Below, in pieces: positions 35,222 through 45,123 of a stretch of DNA of 64,000 nucleotides (positions are counted from its first letter, which is position 1; each line of letters begins with the position of its first letter). Both the position numbers and the translations under genes were made by a program. This stretch comes from Patescibacteria group bacterium. GTDB taxonomy: Bacteria; Patescibacteriota; Minisyncoccia; Moranbacterales; DUUL01. The notes under the pieces were generated by a model that worked only from the letters and a program-made list of their open reading frames with translations, searched no databases and was not told the DNA's origin. The stretch is taken from contig JAYEFY010000030.1 of the NCBI GenBank assembly GCA_034658815.1, positions 3,337-67,336 on the forward strand, written 5' to 3'.

Positions 35222-36511
35222 CTATCGCTTTTTATATATCAGCATTTGGTCAACTGTTACCGAACTGTTATAAATTGCGCCGACAAGTTTTTTTGTTGTT
35301 TCTAAATACAGGTTTGGACCAAAAAGCGGATCGTGTACAACGTAACGGCCTTTCTTGTCTCTTCCGTGAATCACTACGTAATGTCCTTTTCCTCCATGCG
35401 CGCGAACAAAAATAATCACCGGATGTTCCTTTTTTGCCTCCTTCTTAATTTTTTTCCAGTCAATATTTCCATGAGCTGTTGATGAATTCAGCTTAAGTGA
35501 TTTCCAGTGTTTAGGCCAGACAATGAGGTCTCTGTAGAATATTGGCTGACTGGAAAGTTTCCCCGGGCTTATTTTGTTGTTGTAATGCGTGAAGATCATG
35601 GATAGTGATGTTACCGCGCAGCCATAATCTTTCATCAGTGAAGATGAAAGGCCAATTCTTTTGTATGCCCACCTATCATCATCTTGGGCATAATACCATT
35701 TTTTTGATGCCAGACCGCTGCTTGGCTTTGGCGCATTTGCAAGAATTTCATTAAGCGCTTGTCTTGTTTCACCTGAAAGCGAATCAAGATCAATAAGTTC
35801 TTGTTTTTGTTTTTCAACTCTGACGAGCAATTCATGATATCTATCTTCTTGTCCTCGTGTTTTTTCAAGAAGGATATTTTTTGACAATTTCTCATTTCCG
35901 GCATATAAAATTTTTTCGCTTAAGTCCTCTTTTCTGGCAATCAACTCTTCTTTCTTTTGTTTATATTTGTTTTGCTGCTGCTTAAGTTCATTTTTTTTCA
36001 CTTTCAAAACATTTAAAAACTCATCAACTTTTTGTGAAGTCTGATTGATATATTCCGATTGGTTTAATATTATCGAAAGATCTTTATCTCCTGATACGAA
36101 TTCCAGACCCAGCTCTTGATCGATCTGATAATAAAGGCGGATCATTTCAGAGAGGTTATTTTTTGTTCTGTTGAGCTCTTTTTCTTTCCGGTCAAGATCT
36201 CGTTGAATTTCTTTTATTTCAAGATCATTTTTTTCAATCTCATGTTTTGTCATTTCAATATCATTTTGAAAGCTTTCAATTTGAATGTCCATCAATCCAA
36301 GTTGGTTTTGCAATGACATTTGCTGTTGTTGTTTGAGATTGATCATTTGCTTGTAATTTTGTGCTTTTTGTTCAAGTGATTCAAGTTTCCCGTTATTGTC
36401 ATCGGCGTGGGCGAAGGGATGCAACACCAAAAGAACCGTGAATACAAAGACGGCCAGTATACTATTTTTTAGAAAAGTTCTTGATCTTGTTTTGTTTTTG
36501 GTATTAAACAT
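35222..36511 (-). CDS. secreted coiled-coil protein with C-terminal papain-like cysteine peptidase (C39-like) domain
   Basis: Signal/TM segment, a long heptad-rich region, then GCAVTSLSMIF (Cys) and GKGHYVVIHG (His). Confidence 0.55.
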   Translation of the reverse strand: MFNTKNKTRSRTFLKNSILAVFVFTVLLVLHPFAHADDNNGKLESLEQKAQNYKQMINLKQQQQMSLQNQLGLMDIQIESFQNDIEMTKHEIEKNDLEIKEIQRDLDRKEKELNRTKNNLSEMIRLYYQIDQELGLEFVSGDKDLSIILNQSEYINQTSQKVDEFLNVLKVKKNELKQQQNKYKQKKEELIARKEDLSEKILYAGNEKLSKNILLEKTRGQEDRYHELLVRVEKQKQELIDLDSLSGETRQALNEILANAPKPSSGLASKKWYYAQDDDRWAYKRIGLSSSLMKDYGCAVTSLSMIFTHYNNKISPGKLSSQPIFYRDLIVWPKHWKSLKLNSSTAHGNIDWKKIKKEAKKEHPVIIFVRAHGGKGHYVVIHGRDKKGRYVVHDPLFGPNLYLETTKKLVGAIYNSSVTVDQMLIYKKR

Positions 36512-36607
36512 ATTTTAAAATCGCTTTCTTCATTGGTTATAAGATATCAAAGTTTTATCTAAAAATCAATTTATTCGCCGCCATACTTGCCTGGACGGGG
36601 AGAGATT

Positions 36608-38137
36608 TCACTCTGCTGAAGAAATAGGAGGTGCCGCGCGCGTGAACGTGCCGAGCTTCATTTTTTCGATTGCCGAGGCGATTCTTTTTAGAGCTTCTTC
36701 TTTTCCAATTACCCATGCCACCTCAAACGGACTGGAACTTTTTTCAACGCCTGTTAACGCGACTCGCAACGGCCATAATAGATCCCCGCGTTTATCACCA
36801 GCGGTTTTCATGAGAGTTTCTTGAATAATATCAAGATCAAATTTTTCTTTTTTGATTTCTTCAATGGTTTTTCGCGCCATTTGCAGAGAATTCTCTGTCT
36901 GTTTACTGCTGTTGCTTTTCCACTTTAAAAGCTCCGGATCATATTCTTTCAACGCAAAATAAAAACCAATATTTTCTGTTACGTCTTTGATTTTTTTCAT
37001 TCTTTCTCTCTCTACTTTCGTGATTTTCTCCAGTAGCGGTGTTTCGTGCGAGTAAGCATTTTTTTGGCAATAGGCTTCCAGTCGCGGCCGTACAAGTTCA
37101 AAAAGCTCCTTATCGTTTTTCTGTCTAATATAATAGCTGTTCATCCAATCAAGTTTTTTGTAATCGAACACAGCACCGGCCTTATGAAGACCTTCAACAT
37201 TAAAGATCTTTGATAATTCACTAAGAGTGAAATACTCTTGTTCGTTTTTAGGATTCCATCCAAGAAGCGCGATGAAATTAACGATCGTTTCGGAGAGGTA
37301 TCCTTCTTTTTTAAAATCTTCAACGCTAATGTCTCCCCGGCGTTTTGATAATTTTTTTCTGTTTTCTCCTAAAATATTTGGCACATGGATAAAGATTGGA
37401 TGCTTCCAGTTAAAATACTTGTAAAGAAGAATATGTTTGGGCGTACTCGGAAGCCAATCTTCTCCGCGTACAACATGTGTGATGTTCATAAGATGATCAT
37501 CAATTACAACTGCTAGGTGGTAAGTCGGGAACCCGTCCGATTTGATCAATACTTGATCATCAATTGTGCTGCCTTTTACAGAAATTTTTCCATAAACTTC
37601 ATCGTTGAATTCAATAATTTTATTATCCGGCACATTTAGGCGAAGCACATATTTTTCACCCGCTTCAATTCGTTTTTTTACTTCTTCTTTGGAAAGTTCA
37701 AGGCAATGCTTGTCGTATTTTGGCGGTTTCTTTTCCTGTTGCTGTTTTTTTCTTAGATCGTCTAAACGCTCTTTTGAACAAAAGCAAGGATATGCGGTTC
37801 CCTGCTTCCTCAGCTTATCGGAGTACTTTTTGTAGATATCAAGCCGTTTTGATTGAAAATATGGCCCATAATCGCCTTTTTCGATGATCTTATTTTGGTT
37901 GTCCAGTATCACGCCTTCATCGTTTCTAATTCCGGCCCATCGCAATGCATTTAATATTTTTTCAAGCGCGTCCTCCGCAAAGCGCGCTCTGTCCGTGTCC
38001 TCTATTCTGATAATGAATGTGCCTTTATTCTTTTTTGCGACAAGATAAGCGTACAAGGCGGTTCTTAGATTTCCAATATGCATTGGGCCTGTCGGAGACG
38101 GCGCAAATCTTGTTCGGATATTTTGATTGGAATTCAT
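36608..38137 (-). CDS. gltX: glutamyl-tRNA synthetase
   Basis: RFAPSPTGPMHIGNLRTALY (HIGH) and KLSKR (KMSKS). Confidence 0.9.
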   Translation of the reverse strand: MNSNQNIRTRFAPSPTGPMHIGNLRTALYAYLVAKKNKGTFIIRIEDTDRARFAEDALEKILNALRWAGIRNDEGVILDNQNKIIEKGDYGPYFQSKRLDIYKKYSDKLRKQGTAYPCFCSKERLDDLRKKQQQEKKPPKYDKHCLELSKEEVKKRIEAGEKYVLRLNVPDNKIIEFNDEVYGKISVKGSTIDDQVLIKSDGFPTYHLAVVIDDHLMNITHVVRGEDWLPSTPKHILLYKYFNWKHPIFIHVPNILGENRKKLSKRRGDISVEDFKKEGYLSETIVNFIALLGWNPKNEQEYFTLSELSKIFNVEGLHKAGAVFDYKKLDWMNSYYIRQKNDKELFELVRPRLEAYCQKNAYSHETPLLEKITKVERERMKKIKDVTENIGFYFALKEYDPELLKWKSNSSKQTENSLQMARKTIEEIKKEKFDLDIIQETLMKTAGDKRGDLLWPLRVALTGVEKSSSPFEVAWVIGKEEALKRIASAIEKMKLGTFTRAAPPISSAE

Positions 38138-38147
38138 AAACTCATTT

Positions 38148-38256
38148 GTTAGAAATTAGAGCGTTATTTACAATATTGCTGCTCTCTTGCCATCCCGAGT
38201 ACTCGGGACTCAAAATGACAAGGATGAAAGTGTAAACAACGCTGGGGTTTCTTACA
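38148..38256 (+). repeat. palindromic MITE-like repeat element, copy B (compact, about 109 bp)
   Basis: Same TIRs and core palindrome as copy A. It fills the whole gap between the NUDIX stop and the gltX start. Confidence 0.6.
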
Positions 38257-38266
38257 GTTTATTCAT

Positions 38267-38788
38267 TTAAACAATTAATTTTTTCTCAGTAAGTATTTTA
38301 AGAAAGCGCATGGATACGCGTCTTTTCTCATGCTGGCGAATTTTCTGCAATAATATCCTTGCCTGATCAAATGAAGCAAGGATATAGCCATCAAATTCAG
38401 TTTCTTCTATCGTTACATCTTTTGTGTTTATTTGTATAGCAAAAGCGTAATAATATTTTCCTTTCATCATCACTTCCCTTCCGCTGTCATTTTTTAGCGT
38501 GCGGTTCCCCCAATATTTTTTCGGGAAATGAATTTTGTCTTCCGCGAAAAATTCTTCATTCTTTACTTGACTATAAAGCGTATTTCCAAGTTCTTCAGTC
38601 ATTTCTCTCAAAAGAGCGTTTTTTATTTCTTCCAAATTTCTAACACCGCCCTGCGGAAATTGCCATAAATCATATTTCTTGTCATAAAATAAAAAAATTT
38701 TCTTATTGTGCAAAAAACACCCAACCACCTCCGGGCGAAAGCCCAAATTTCTTTTCTCATTTATCTCTAAAACCGTGACAGTTCTCAT
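38267..38788 (-). CDS. NUDIX hydrolase
   Basis: Nudix box GGVRNLEEIKNALLREMTEELG. The start is probably the internal M (38788) rather than 38839. Confidence 0.65.
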   Translation of the reverse strand: MRTVTVLEINEKRNLGFRPEVVGCFLHNKKIFLFYDKKYDLWQFPQGGVRNLEEIKNALLREMTEELGNTLYSQVKNEEFFAEDKIHFPKKYWGNRTLKNDSGREVMMKGKYYYAFAIQINTKDVTIEETEFDGYILASFDQARILLQKIRQHEKRRVSMRFLKILTEKKLIV

Positions 38789-39498
38789 TTTTTTGAATAT
38801 ATTATTCCGTAAATAGGAAAAACAACTAATGCATTCCAAATTCTTTTTATTCTATTTGGTTGAGTAATGACACGCCACAGCCATTCAAAGCCGTATTTTC
38901 TAAATATCCTCGGCGCTCGTTTTTGCCTGTTTGTCCAGAAATCCAATGTTCCGCCCACGCCAATCGCACAGCGAAGATTTGGCAAGTTCAACAAGCGCCG
39001 ATCTATGAACTTTTCCTGATAAGGCGCTCCCAATCCAACGATCAATAATTCTGTATCGCCGGCAATGCTTGAGCGAGAACCGTTTCTTTTTTCTTCAATT
39101 ACGGAATAATTCGTAAGGAAAAATTTATTCTCCAGCATTCTTTCAACTTCTCTTTTTGAGCTTAATCCATCAGAATGGATCACCACTGTTGTTTTTACAT
39201 GACGCTTCACCGCTACTGAAAGAATTTTTTCAGTCAATTCAACGCCTGCGATCCTTTCTCCTATCTTTAAGCCTTTGACCGCGGCAACCAATTTGATTCC
39301 AAATCCGTCCACGATATTGACGCTCTTTTTTAAAATATTCTTATATTCATTATCTTGGCGCGCCTTTAACGCTATTTCCGGATTTAATGTCACTAAAAAA
39401 AGCGGTTTTGACCCTGAGCTTATCAGGCAATTCTCAATAAGATGAAATATACCTATCTTAGTGTGTCTTGGAATGTCAATTGAAAATATTGATGCCAT
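38785..39498 (-). CDS. WecB/TagA/CpsF-family glycosyltransferase
   Basis: Blocks NPEIAL, DGFGIKL, RIAGVEL, GLGAPYQEKFI, AIGVGGTLDF and FEWLWRVITQPNR. Confidence 0.6.
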   Translation of the reverse strand: MASIFSIDIPRHTKIGIFHLIENCLISSGSKPLFLVTLNPEIALKARQDNEYKNILKKSVNIVDGFGIKLVAAVKGLKIGERIAGVELTEKILSVAVKRHVKTTVVIHSDGLSSKREVERMLENKFFLTNYSVIEEKRNGSRSSIAGDTELLIVGLGAPYQEKFIDRRLLNLPNLRCAIGVGGTLDFWTNRQKRAPRIFRKYGFEWLWRVITQPNRIKRIWNALVVFPIYGIIYSKK

Positions 39499-39500
39499 AA

Positions 39501-40049
39501 TTATACAAGTTCAATACTATCAAGGGTTTGATATGTTTTTTTCCCATTTTCAAAAATGCTTTCCATTACGTCAATGCTGTAGACGGGTATGACTGCGCGA
39601 ATATCAATTGATGAAAGATCTATGATCGTTTCAGTGCTTTGAACACGTTTTTTTTGTAAGCGAGCGAGAGTAACATGCGGGCGGAATTGCTTGGCATCTG
39701 TTTCCATACTTGAAATCGTTTCCTCAACAAGTTTCCTTATTTCGGATAAACAATTATTTCGCGGACCCTGCAGCCAGATCATTTTTTTTCTAACACTATC
39801 CGGTCCCCACGCGAAACTGTCAAATGTTATGTCAAAAATATTCTCTCCGGCCAATGATTTGCTTAACAACGCGCAAATATTTATAAGTGTGTTATCATTT
39901 TGATAGCCGAGAAAAGACAAGGTGAGATGATAATTTTCGCTCGGTACCCATTTTGCGTTAATTGTCTTAATAAGCGGATTTAATTTTCGATGAATGTATT
40001 TTTTTGTTGAACCGTCAAAATTTATCGCTACAAAAATCTTTCTTTGCAT
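39501..40049 (-). CDS. 2'-5' RNA ligase / 2H phosphoesterase (LigT/ThpR family)
   Basis: Two HxT motifs: HLTLSFLG and HVTLARL. Confidence 0.7.
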   Translation of the reverse strand: MQRKIFVAINFDGSTKKYIHRKLNPLIKTINAKWVPSENYHLTLSFLGYQNDNTLINICALLSKSLAGENIFDITFDSFAWGPDSVRKKMIWLQGPRNNCLSEIRKLVEETISSMETDAKQFRPHVTLARLQKKRVQSTETIIDLSSIDIRAVIPVYSIDVMESIFENGKKTYQTLDSIELV

Positions 40050-40141
40050 ATTGTTTTCCGAACATTTTTTAATGGGATTGTTTTCAAATTAGTTTCCCTG
40101 CCTCATCGCCTGTCTGCCGCCTGTGAAAGGCGGGGCGTTAG

Positions 40142-41200
40142 TCAACTCTTGGTAGGAATTGGTTTGACAACAGTCTCTTTATTGATTGCATCTCCAATAA
40201 GCAGACTGGCTGCGGTGGCAAAAGGCACGGCAATGATCACGCCTGAAGCTCCGGCAAGTGTTCCGCCGATAAGCAAGGAAAGAATTATTACAACAGGATT
40301 CAAGCCAACTGCTGTTCTCATTATCAATGGAACGAGAACGTAATTTTCAAACAGCTGGATTACAATGTAGGCTAAAAAAACAAACAAAGCGGTAAGCGGT
40401 GAAATGGTTAATGCCGCAAGAACTGCCGGAATAATCGCTATAGTGGGTCCGATAAATGGAATGATCTCAAGGAGACCTCCGATCAATGCGATGATAAGGG
40501 CGAATGGAACACCGAGGACACTCAGCGCGAGAAAATCAAGGGAGAAAACAATGGCGATCAAGGTTATTTGCCCGATCAACCAACGCCCGATCTTTGCTTG
40601 AATTCTTAAAACAAGTTCAATGGTATGATCCAGATGCTTTTTGGGAACTATTTGCTGTAAAAATCCGCGTGTCCCGTTTTTTTTCACAAGCATATAAAAT
40701 GAGAGAGATACGATGATAACGAGTTTGAATATGCCCGTTATAAATTGCAGAGAGTTGGAAAAAATTCCGGATAATGAATTAGCAATGCCATTTACCGTGT
40801 TATTGACCAAATATTGAAAGTTTTCTTCAAAATGGTAATCGACCGCTATTTGTGATATGCCCTTAAAAAAGGTGTTAATGTTGTTAAAATAAAGAGGGAA
40901 ACTTTCCGCGAATTCTTTTAGTTCGTTTATGATGATTGGAATGATAAGATAAAATACTAATCCGAGAACAAAGAAGAAAAACGTAAACAACCCGAGAGCG
41001 CTTGCAACGCGCGGTATTTTTTTCTTTTCTGATCTGTCAACAAACGGCTGCGCAGCGCTCACAACAATTATTGAAAGCAGTAGCAATAAGATAATATCGC
41101 GAATCAGGAATAATATCCACAAAAACAACAAAATAAAAACTGTTTGCCAGATTATCTTTGTTGATATCTCAATTTTTTTCATGTTTTTCATTTTAGACAA
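40142..41200 (-). CDS. AI-2E family transporter (PerM/YhhT-like)
   Basis: About 8 TM helices. C-terminal region GLNPVVIILSLLIGGTLAGASGVIIAVP. Confidence 0.55.
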   Translation of the reverse strand: MSKMKNMKKIEISTKIIWQTVFILLFLWILFLIRDIILLLLLSIIVVSAAQPFVDRSEKKKIPRVASALGLFTFFFFVLGLVFYLIIPIIINELKEFAESFPLYFNNINTFFKGISQIAVDYHFEENFQYLVNNTVNGIANSLSGIFSNSLQFITGIFKLVIIVSLSFYMLVKKNGTRGFLQQIVPKKHLDHTIELVLRIQAKIGRWLIGQITLIAIVFSLDFLALSVLGVPFALIIALIGGLLEIIPFIGPTIAIIPAVLAALTISPLTALFVFLAYIVIQLFENYVLVPLIMRTAVGLNPVVIILSLLIGGTLAGASGVIIAVPFATAASLLIGDAINKETVVKPIPTKS

Positions 41201-42462
41201 AGCATGTTTTCGATAGCCTGCTTATCTTTGTGCGGACCGACAACAGCTACATTCAAGCCACCGTTTCTGATTATTTTTTTCGCGACGTGCTGGATATCTT
41301 CCGCTGAAATGCCGTCGATTTTTTCGAAAAGTTGCTGCGGTGTTCTGATCTCTTTTCTGAAAAGTTCTTGATCGCCAAAAAATGTCGCGACAGCGCTAGT
41401 TGACTCAAGGGACATCAGCATTCTTCCCTTTAGATATTCTTTTGCTTTTCTTAATTCTTTTTTAGACACTTTTTTATCACGTATTTTCTCAAGTTCATTT
41501 AAAATTAATTTTATTGCCTTTTGCAGATTTTTGTGTTCAACTCCGGCGGCAAAAAAGAGATATCCGGTATCAGTGGCCATATCCATCGCGGCGTTAATAT
41601 AATATGTCAGCCCGTAGCGTTCTCTGATGTTGATAAATGCTCTACTGCTCATACCACCGCCCAGAATTGTTCCCAAAAGGACTGCTTTGTACCTGTCAGG
41701 GCTGAACATATGCGGTCCGCGCAATCCAACGATAAGATGCGTCTGATCTGTGTCTTTCCCATATAATTTAACAGCTGGTTTTGTTTGTTTTTCAATAGTT
41801 TTCCTTTTGGAGATCTTTTTTCGACTCTTTTTTTTGCTGTTGAAATATTGTTTGACGCGAGCTAGCGCTTTTTCCTCATCAAAATTTCCCGCGATTGTTA
41901 TAACTGTCGCGCGCGGAATGTACATCCTTTTCATATAATCAACGAATTTTTTTCTGTTGAATGTTTCAATGTTTTTTTCAGATCCGATGATATTCCATCC
42001 TGCCGGTTGGTCGCTGTAAAGCAATTCTTCAAAAACATCCCATACATACCGCATCGGTGTATCACGATACATTGCCGCTTCCTGCAATATCACTCCTCTT
42101 TCTCTGTCAATTTCATCTTGTGAAAGCAGAGAGTTCAGATATATGTCGCTGATAACATCCAGAGCCTTGCCAAAATGTTTTGTGGGAACTTTTATCCAAT
42201 ATCCGGTTTGTTCTTTTCCCGTGAAAGCGTTATATTCACCGCCGACATTATCCAGGAGTTCGGTAATGATCTTTGTTGTAGGACGGTTTTTTGTTCCCTT
42301 GAACATCATATGTTCCAGAAAATGCGAGATGCCGTTATTGAGCTTGTTCTCATATTTAGATCCCGCCTCAACAAGTATTTGTGTTGTTACCGTTTGGGTG
42401 TCTCTCATTGGAACAAATATGACTCTTAAGCCATTCTCCAATACATGTTTTTTGTATTCCAT
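41188..42462 (-). CDS. M16-family zinc peptidase (insulinase-like)
   Basis: Inverted zincin HFLEHMMFKGT (HxxEH). Confidence 0.75.
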   Translation of the reverse strand: MEYKKHVLENGLRVIFVPMRDTQTVTTQILVEAGSKYENKLNNGISHFLEHMMFKGTKNRPTTKIITELLDNVGGEYNAFTGKEQTGYWIKVPTKHFGKALDVISDIYLNSLLSQDEIDRERGVILQEAAMYRDTPMRYVWDVFEELLYSDQPAGWNIIGSEKNIETFNRKKFVDYMKRMYIPRATVITIAGNFDEEKALARVKQYFNSKKKSRKKISKRKTIEKQTKPAVKLYGKDTDQTHLIVGLRGPHMFSPDRYKAVLLGTILGGGMSSRAFINIRERYGLTYYINAAMDMATDTGYLFFAAGVEHKNLQKAIKLILNELEKIRDKKVSKKELRKAKEYLKGRMLMSLESTSAVATFFGDQELFRKEIRTPQQLFEKIDGISAEDIQHVAKKIIRNGGLNVAVVGPHKDKQAIENMLCLK

Positions 42463-42539
42463 CTGAAAATATTATTAAATTAACCCAGTTGTGGCTGTTT
42501 TCGTTCTCATGGTAGCAAGTAACATAACAAAACTCAAGT

Positions 42540-43397
42540 CTAAGCCATTCTAAGCCATTCCTTGATTGCCTCCTTGTAATTTCTAAGTTTTGGGAATTTC
42601 GTATTCAAGAGTACTGATGAACGCGGTCTTTTTGCGGGTCGAGGAAACTCTTCGGAACTCACGGGAATAACGCTCGTTTTAATCTTGGCAATTTCAAATA
42701 ATGTTTTGACTCCTTCGTACCATGTTACGGCGCCTTCATTTATCAAGTGATAGATTCCGTAACGGTACTCTTCTTCAACCAATCTTTTTGTTGCCTTGGC
42801 AAGATCCGGGACATAAGTAAAACACGATCTTTCACTGTCAATTACTTTCAATGAATCTTTTTCTTTCGCGAGCATGAGTATAGTCTCAAAAAAACTTTTT
42901 TTAGCTTCTTTTGATTTTCCGGGTTTTCCAAAAAGTTTTGAGGTGCGGATCAAATAATATTTATCTCCAACACGTTTTACATTCTTTTCACCCAGATCCT
43001 TTGATCTTCCGTATCGTGAAATAGGGTTTGTTCGGTCTGTTTCGGCATATTCTCCTTTTTCTCCGTCAAAAACATAGTCGGATACGTATTGGACAAAAAC
43101 TGCGTTGTGTTTTTTCGCCGCGCCGGCAAGGAATTTTGGCGCTTCACCATTTGTCATCTTTGCTTTTTCATATTCTTTGTCATCTTCTTCCGCTTTATCA
43201 ACCGCATTATAGGCTGCGGCGTTAATAACTATATCCGGCATTTCTTTGAGAAAGAGCATGTCTACTTGATCTTTACTGGTAATATCAATATTTTCAATGT
43301 CATACGCGGCAACTTCATAATTTTTATCAGCTGAAAACAGATCAACCAGTTCGCTTCCCAGCGTTCCTTTTGCTCCGATGATAAGCACTTTTTTCAT
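42540..43397 (-). CDS. rfbD: dTDP-4-dehydrorhamnose reductase
   Basis: MKKVLIIGAKGTLGSEL Rossmann N-terminus and RmlD-like blocks. Confidence 0.8.
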   Translation of the reverse strand: MKKVLIIGAKGTLGSELVDLFSADKNYEVAAYDIENIDITSKDQVDMLFLKEMPDIVINAAAYNAVDKAEEDDKEYEKAKMTNGEAPKFLAGAAKKHNAVFVQYVSDYVFDGEKGEYAETDRTNPISRYGRSKDLGEKNVKRVGDKYYLIRTSKLFGKPGKSKEAKKSFFETILMLAKEKDSLKVIDSERSCFTYVPDLAKATKRLVEEEYRYGIYHLINEGAVTWYEGVKTLFEIAKIKTSVIPVSSEEFPRPAKRPRSSVLLNTKFPKLRNYKEAIKEWLRMA

Positions 43398-43417
43398 TTT
43401 TTAATATCTTTTAAAAT

Positions 43418-43446
43418 GTTAGAAACCCCAGCGTTGTTTACACTTT
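43418..43446 (-). repeat. solo terminal repeat of the MITE-like family, copy C
   Basis: The reverse complement aaagtgtaaacaacgctggggtttctaac equals the right TIR of copy B. It lies 21 nt upstream of the rfbD start. Confidence 0.45.
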
Positions 43447-43517
43447 AATACTCAATACTCAATGATTGAACATTAAAACATTGATTATTGGATATTAAGC
43501 CATGCTCATCTATTCTA

Positions 43518-44543
43518 TCACGCAACAGAATTTTGCTTCGGTGAACCGTATTGCTTTTTATAATATTCTTGGTACTTGCCGGATTTGACGCTTTTCCACC
43601 ATCTTTTGTTATTTTTGTACCATTCCACGGTTTCTCGCAGCCCGTCTTCGAAAGAAATTCTTGGCTCCCATCCCAACTCTTTCTTTATTTTTGAAAAGTC
43701 AATGGCGTATCGCCTGTCATGCCCCGGCCGGTCTTTAACATATTCAATTTCTCCATCTTCCCTGCCCATTATTTTCAAGATCGCGCGCGTAATTTCCATA
43801 TTGGTTTTTTCGCTGTCTCCGCCAACACAATAAGTCTCTCCAATTTTTCCGTTATGGATTATTTCATCAATAGCCCGGCAATGATCTTCTACATGCAGCC
43901 AGTCGCGAATGTTCTTCCCGTCGCCATAAACGGGAATTTTCCCCCCTTCAATTAAATTAGTCGCGAAAAGAGGGATCAGTTTTTCCGGAAATTGGTACCG
44001 ACCATAATTATTGGAACAGTTGGAAATGGTAATGGGCAAATCATAGGTATGAAAATACGCCCGCACCAAATGATCAGAGGCCGCTTTTGAAGCGCTGTAG
44101 GGGCTTCGCGGGTCATACGGCGCGCTCTCATTGAATGCCGAGTCATTCTTTTCGAGTGATCCGTACACTTCATCAGTGGAAACATGATGGAAACGTTTAT
44201 TTCCACTGTTTTTAGCGGTTTCCAGTAATGTGTGTGTGCCGTTGACATTTGTTCTTATGAAAGTGTCACTGTTAAGGATCGATCTGTCCACGTGGGATTC
44301 TGCCGCGAAATGAACGATTGTGTCCGCATCTTTTACAAGCTTGTTAACCAATTTCTTGTCAGTAATATCACCTTTTACAAATTCATAATTAGGATTATTC
44401 TCGATTCCTTTCAGATTTTCCAGATTTCCGGCGTAAGTAAGAGCGTCCAGATTGACAATTTTGTGATCTGGATATTTCTTAAGAATATAATGAATAAAAT
44501 TACTGCCTATGAATCCGCAACCTCCTGTAACCAACAGTTTCAT
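43518..44543 (-). CDS. rfbB: dTDP-glucose 4,6-dehydratase
   Basis: MKLLVTGGCGFIGSNF with catalytic YxxxK context. Confidence 0.9.
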   Translation of the reverse strand: MKLLVTGGCGFIGSNFIHYILKKYPDHKIVNLDALTYAGNLENLKGIENNPNYEFVKGDITDKKLVNKLVKDADTIVHFAAESHVDRSILNSDTFIRTNVNGTHTLLETAKNSGNKRFHHVSTDEVYGSLEKNDSAFNESAPYDPRSPYSASKAASDHLVRAYFHTYDLPITISNCSNNYGRYQFPEKLIPLFATNLIEGGKIPVYGDGKNIRDWLHVEDHCRAIDEIIHNGKIGETYCVGGDSEKTNMEITRAILKIMGREDGEIEYVKDRPGHDRRYAIDFSKIKKELGWEPRISFEDGLRETVEWYKNNKRWWKSVKSGKYQEYYKKQYGSPKQNSVA

Positions 44544-44573
44544 AAATAATGATAGTTTAAAATTTAATTAGAG

Positions 44574-44648
44574 TTAAAGCCGACCTGTCCGCCGAAGCTT
44601 TAGCGAAAGCGGATGAATCCCGGCGCCGCCGGTAACCAATAATTTCAT
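44574..44648 (-). pseudogene. 5' remnant of a second NAD-dependent epimerase/dehydratase (rfbB-like) gene
   Basis: The minus strand reads ATGAAATTATTGGTTACCGGCGGCGCCGGG = MKLLVTGGAG, then runs into a stop after 24 codons. It parallels the rfbB start 100 nt away. Confidence 0.4.
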
Positions 44649-45014
44649 AAAGTTTTTTAAGTTATTATATGTTACAATCTAAATTCTATTATATTCCCTG
44701 TTTTTTATCAACATTCTTGTGAAAAGTTTTGGTATTGTCATTCCGATCCCGCTCTAGCGGGAGAGGAATCGCTTCGCGGAAAATAGAAAGCATTTCAATG
44801 CAAAGGAATCCTTCGTCTGCCTAAGGCGAATCAGAATAATAGGGAAAGTGCCTAGTATCAAGCATATTAATTCCCAATTTAATTTATTGATAATTGAGAA
44901 ATTGATAATTGAATGAAAATTGTAAATTGTAAATTTATTCAAAGTTTCCGTCTTTGTCCTGTATAAGTAGTATTGGGTTTTGAATGCAGTAAGGTGGATA
45001 GAATATTGACCAAC

Positions 45015-45044
45015 TTTCTTTTTAATGCATATACTCTATTAGTT
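45015..45044 (+). promoter_or_regulatory. sigma70-like promoter (TTGACC-N18-TATACT) upstream of fabF
   Basis: Hexamers read directly. A strong SD GGAGG lies 7 nt before the ATG at 45124. Confidence 0.3.
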
Positions 45045-45123
45045 CCTAAAAAATTGGTTCTTTCAGATATTTCGAAAATATCATACCGACACTGAAAGTA
45101 AATACAGAAATAATAAATGGAGG

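Noticed and set aside
38148-38256. T-box riboswitch upstream of gltX
   Set aside because: The element lacks the conserved T-box motif and is a member of a dispersed repeat family.
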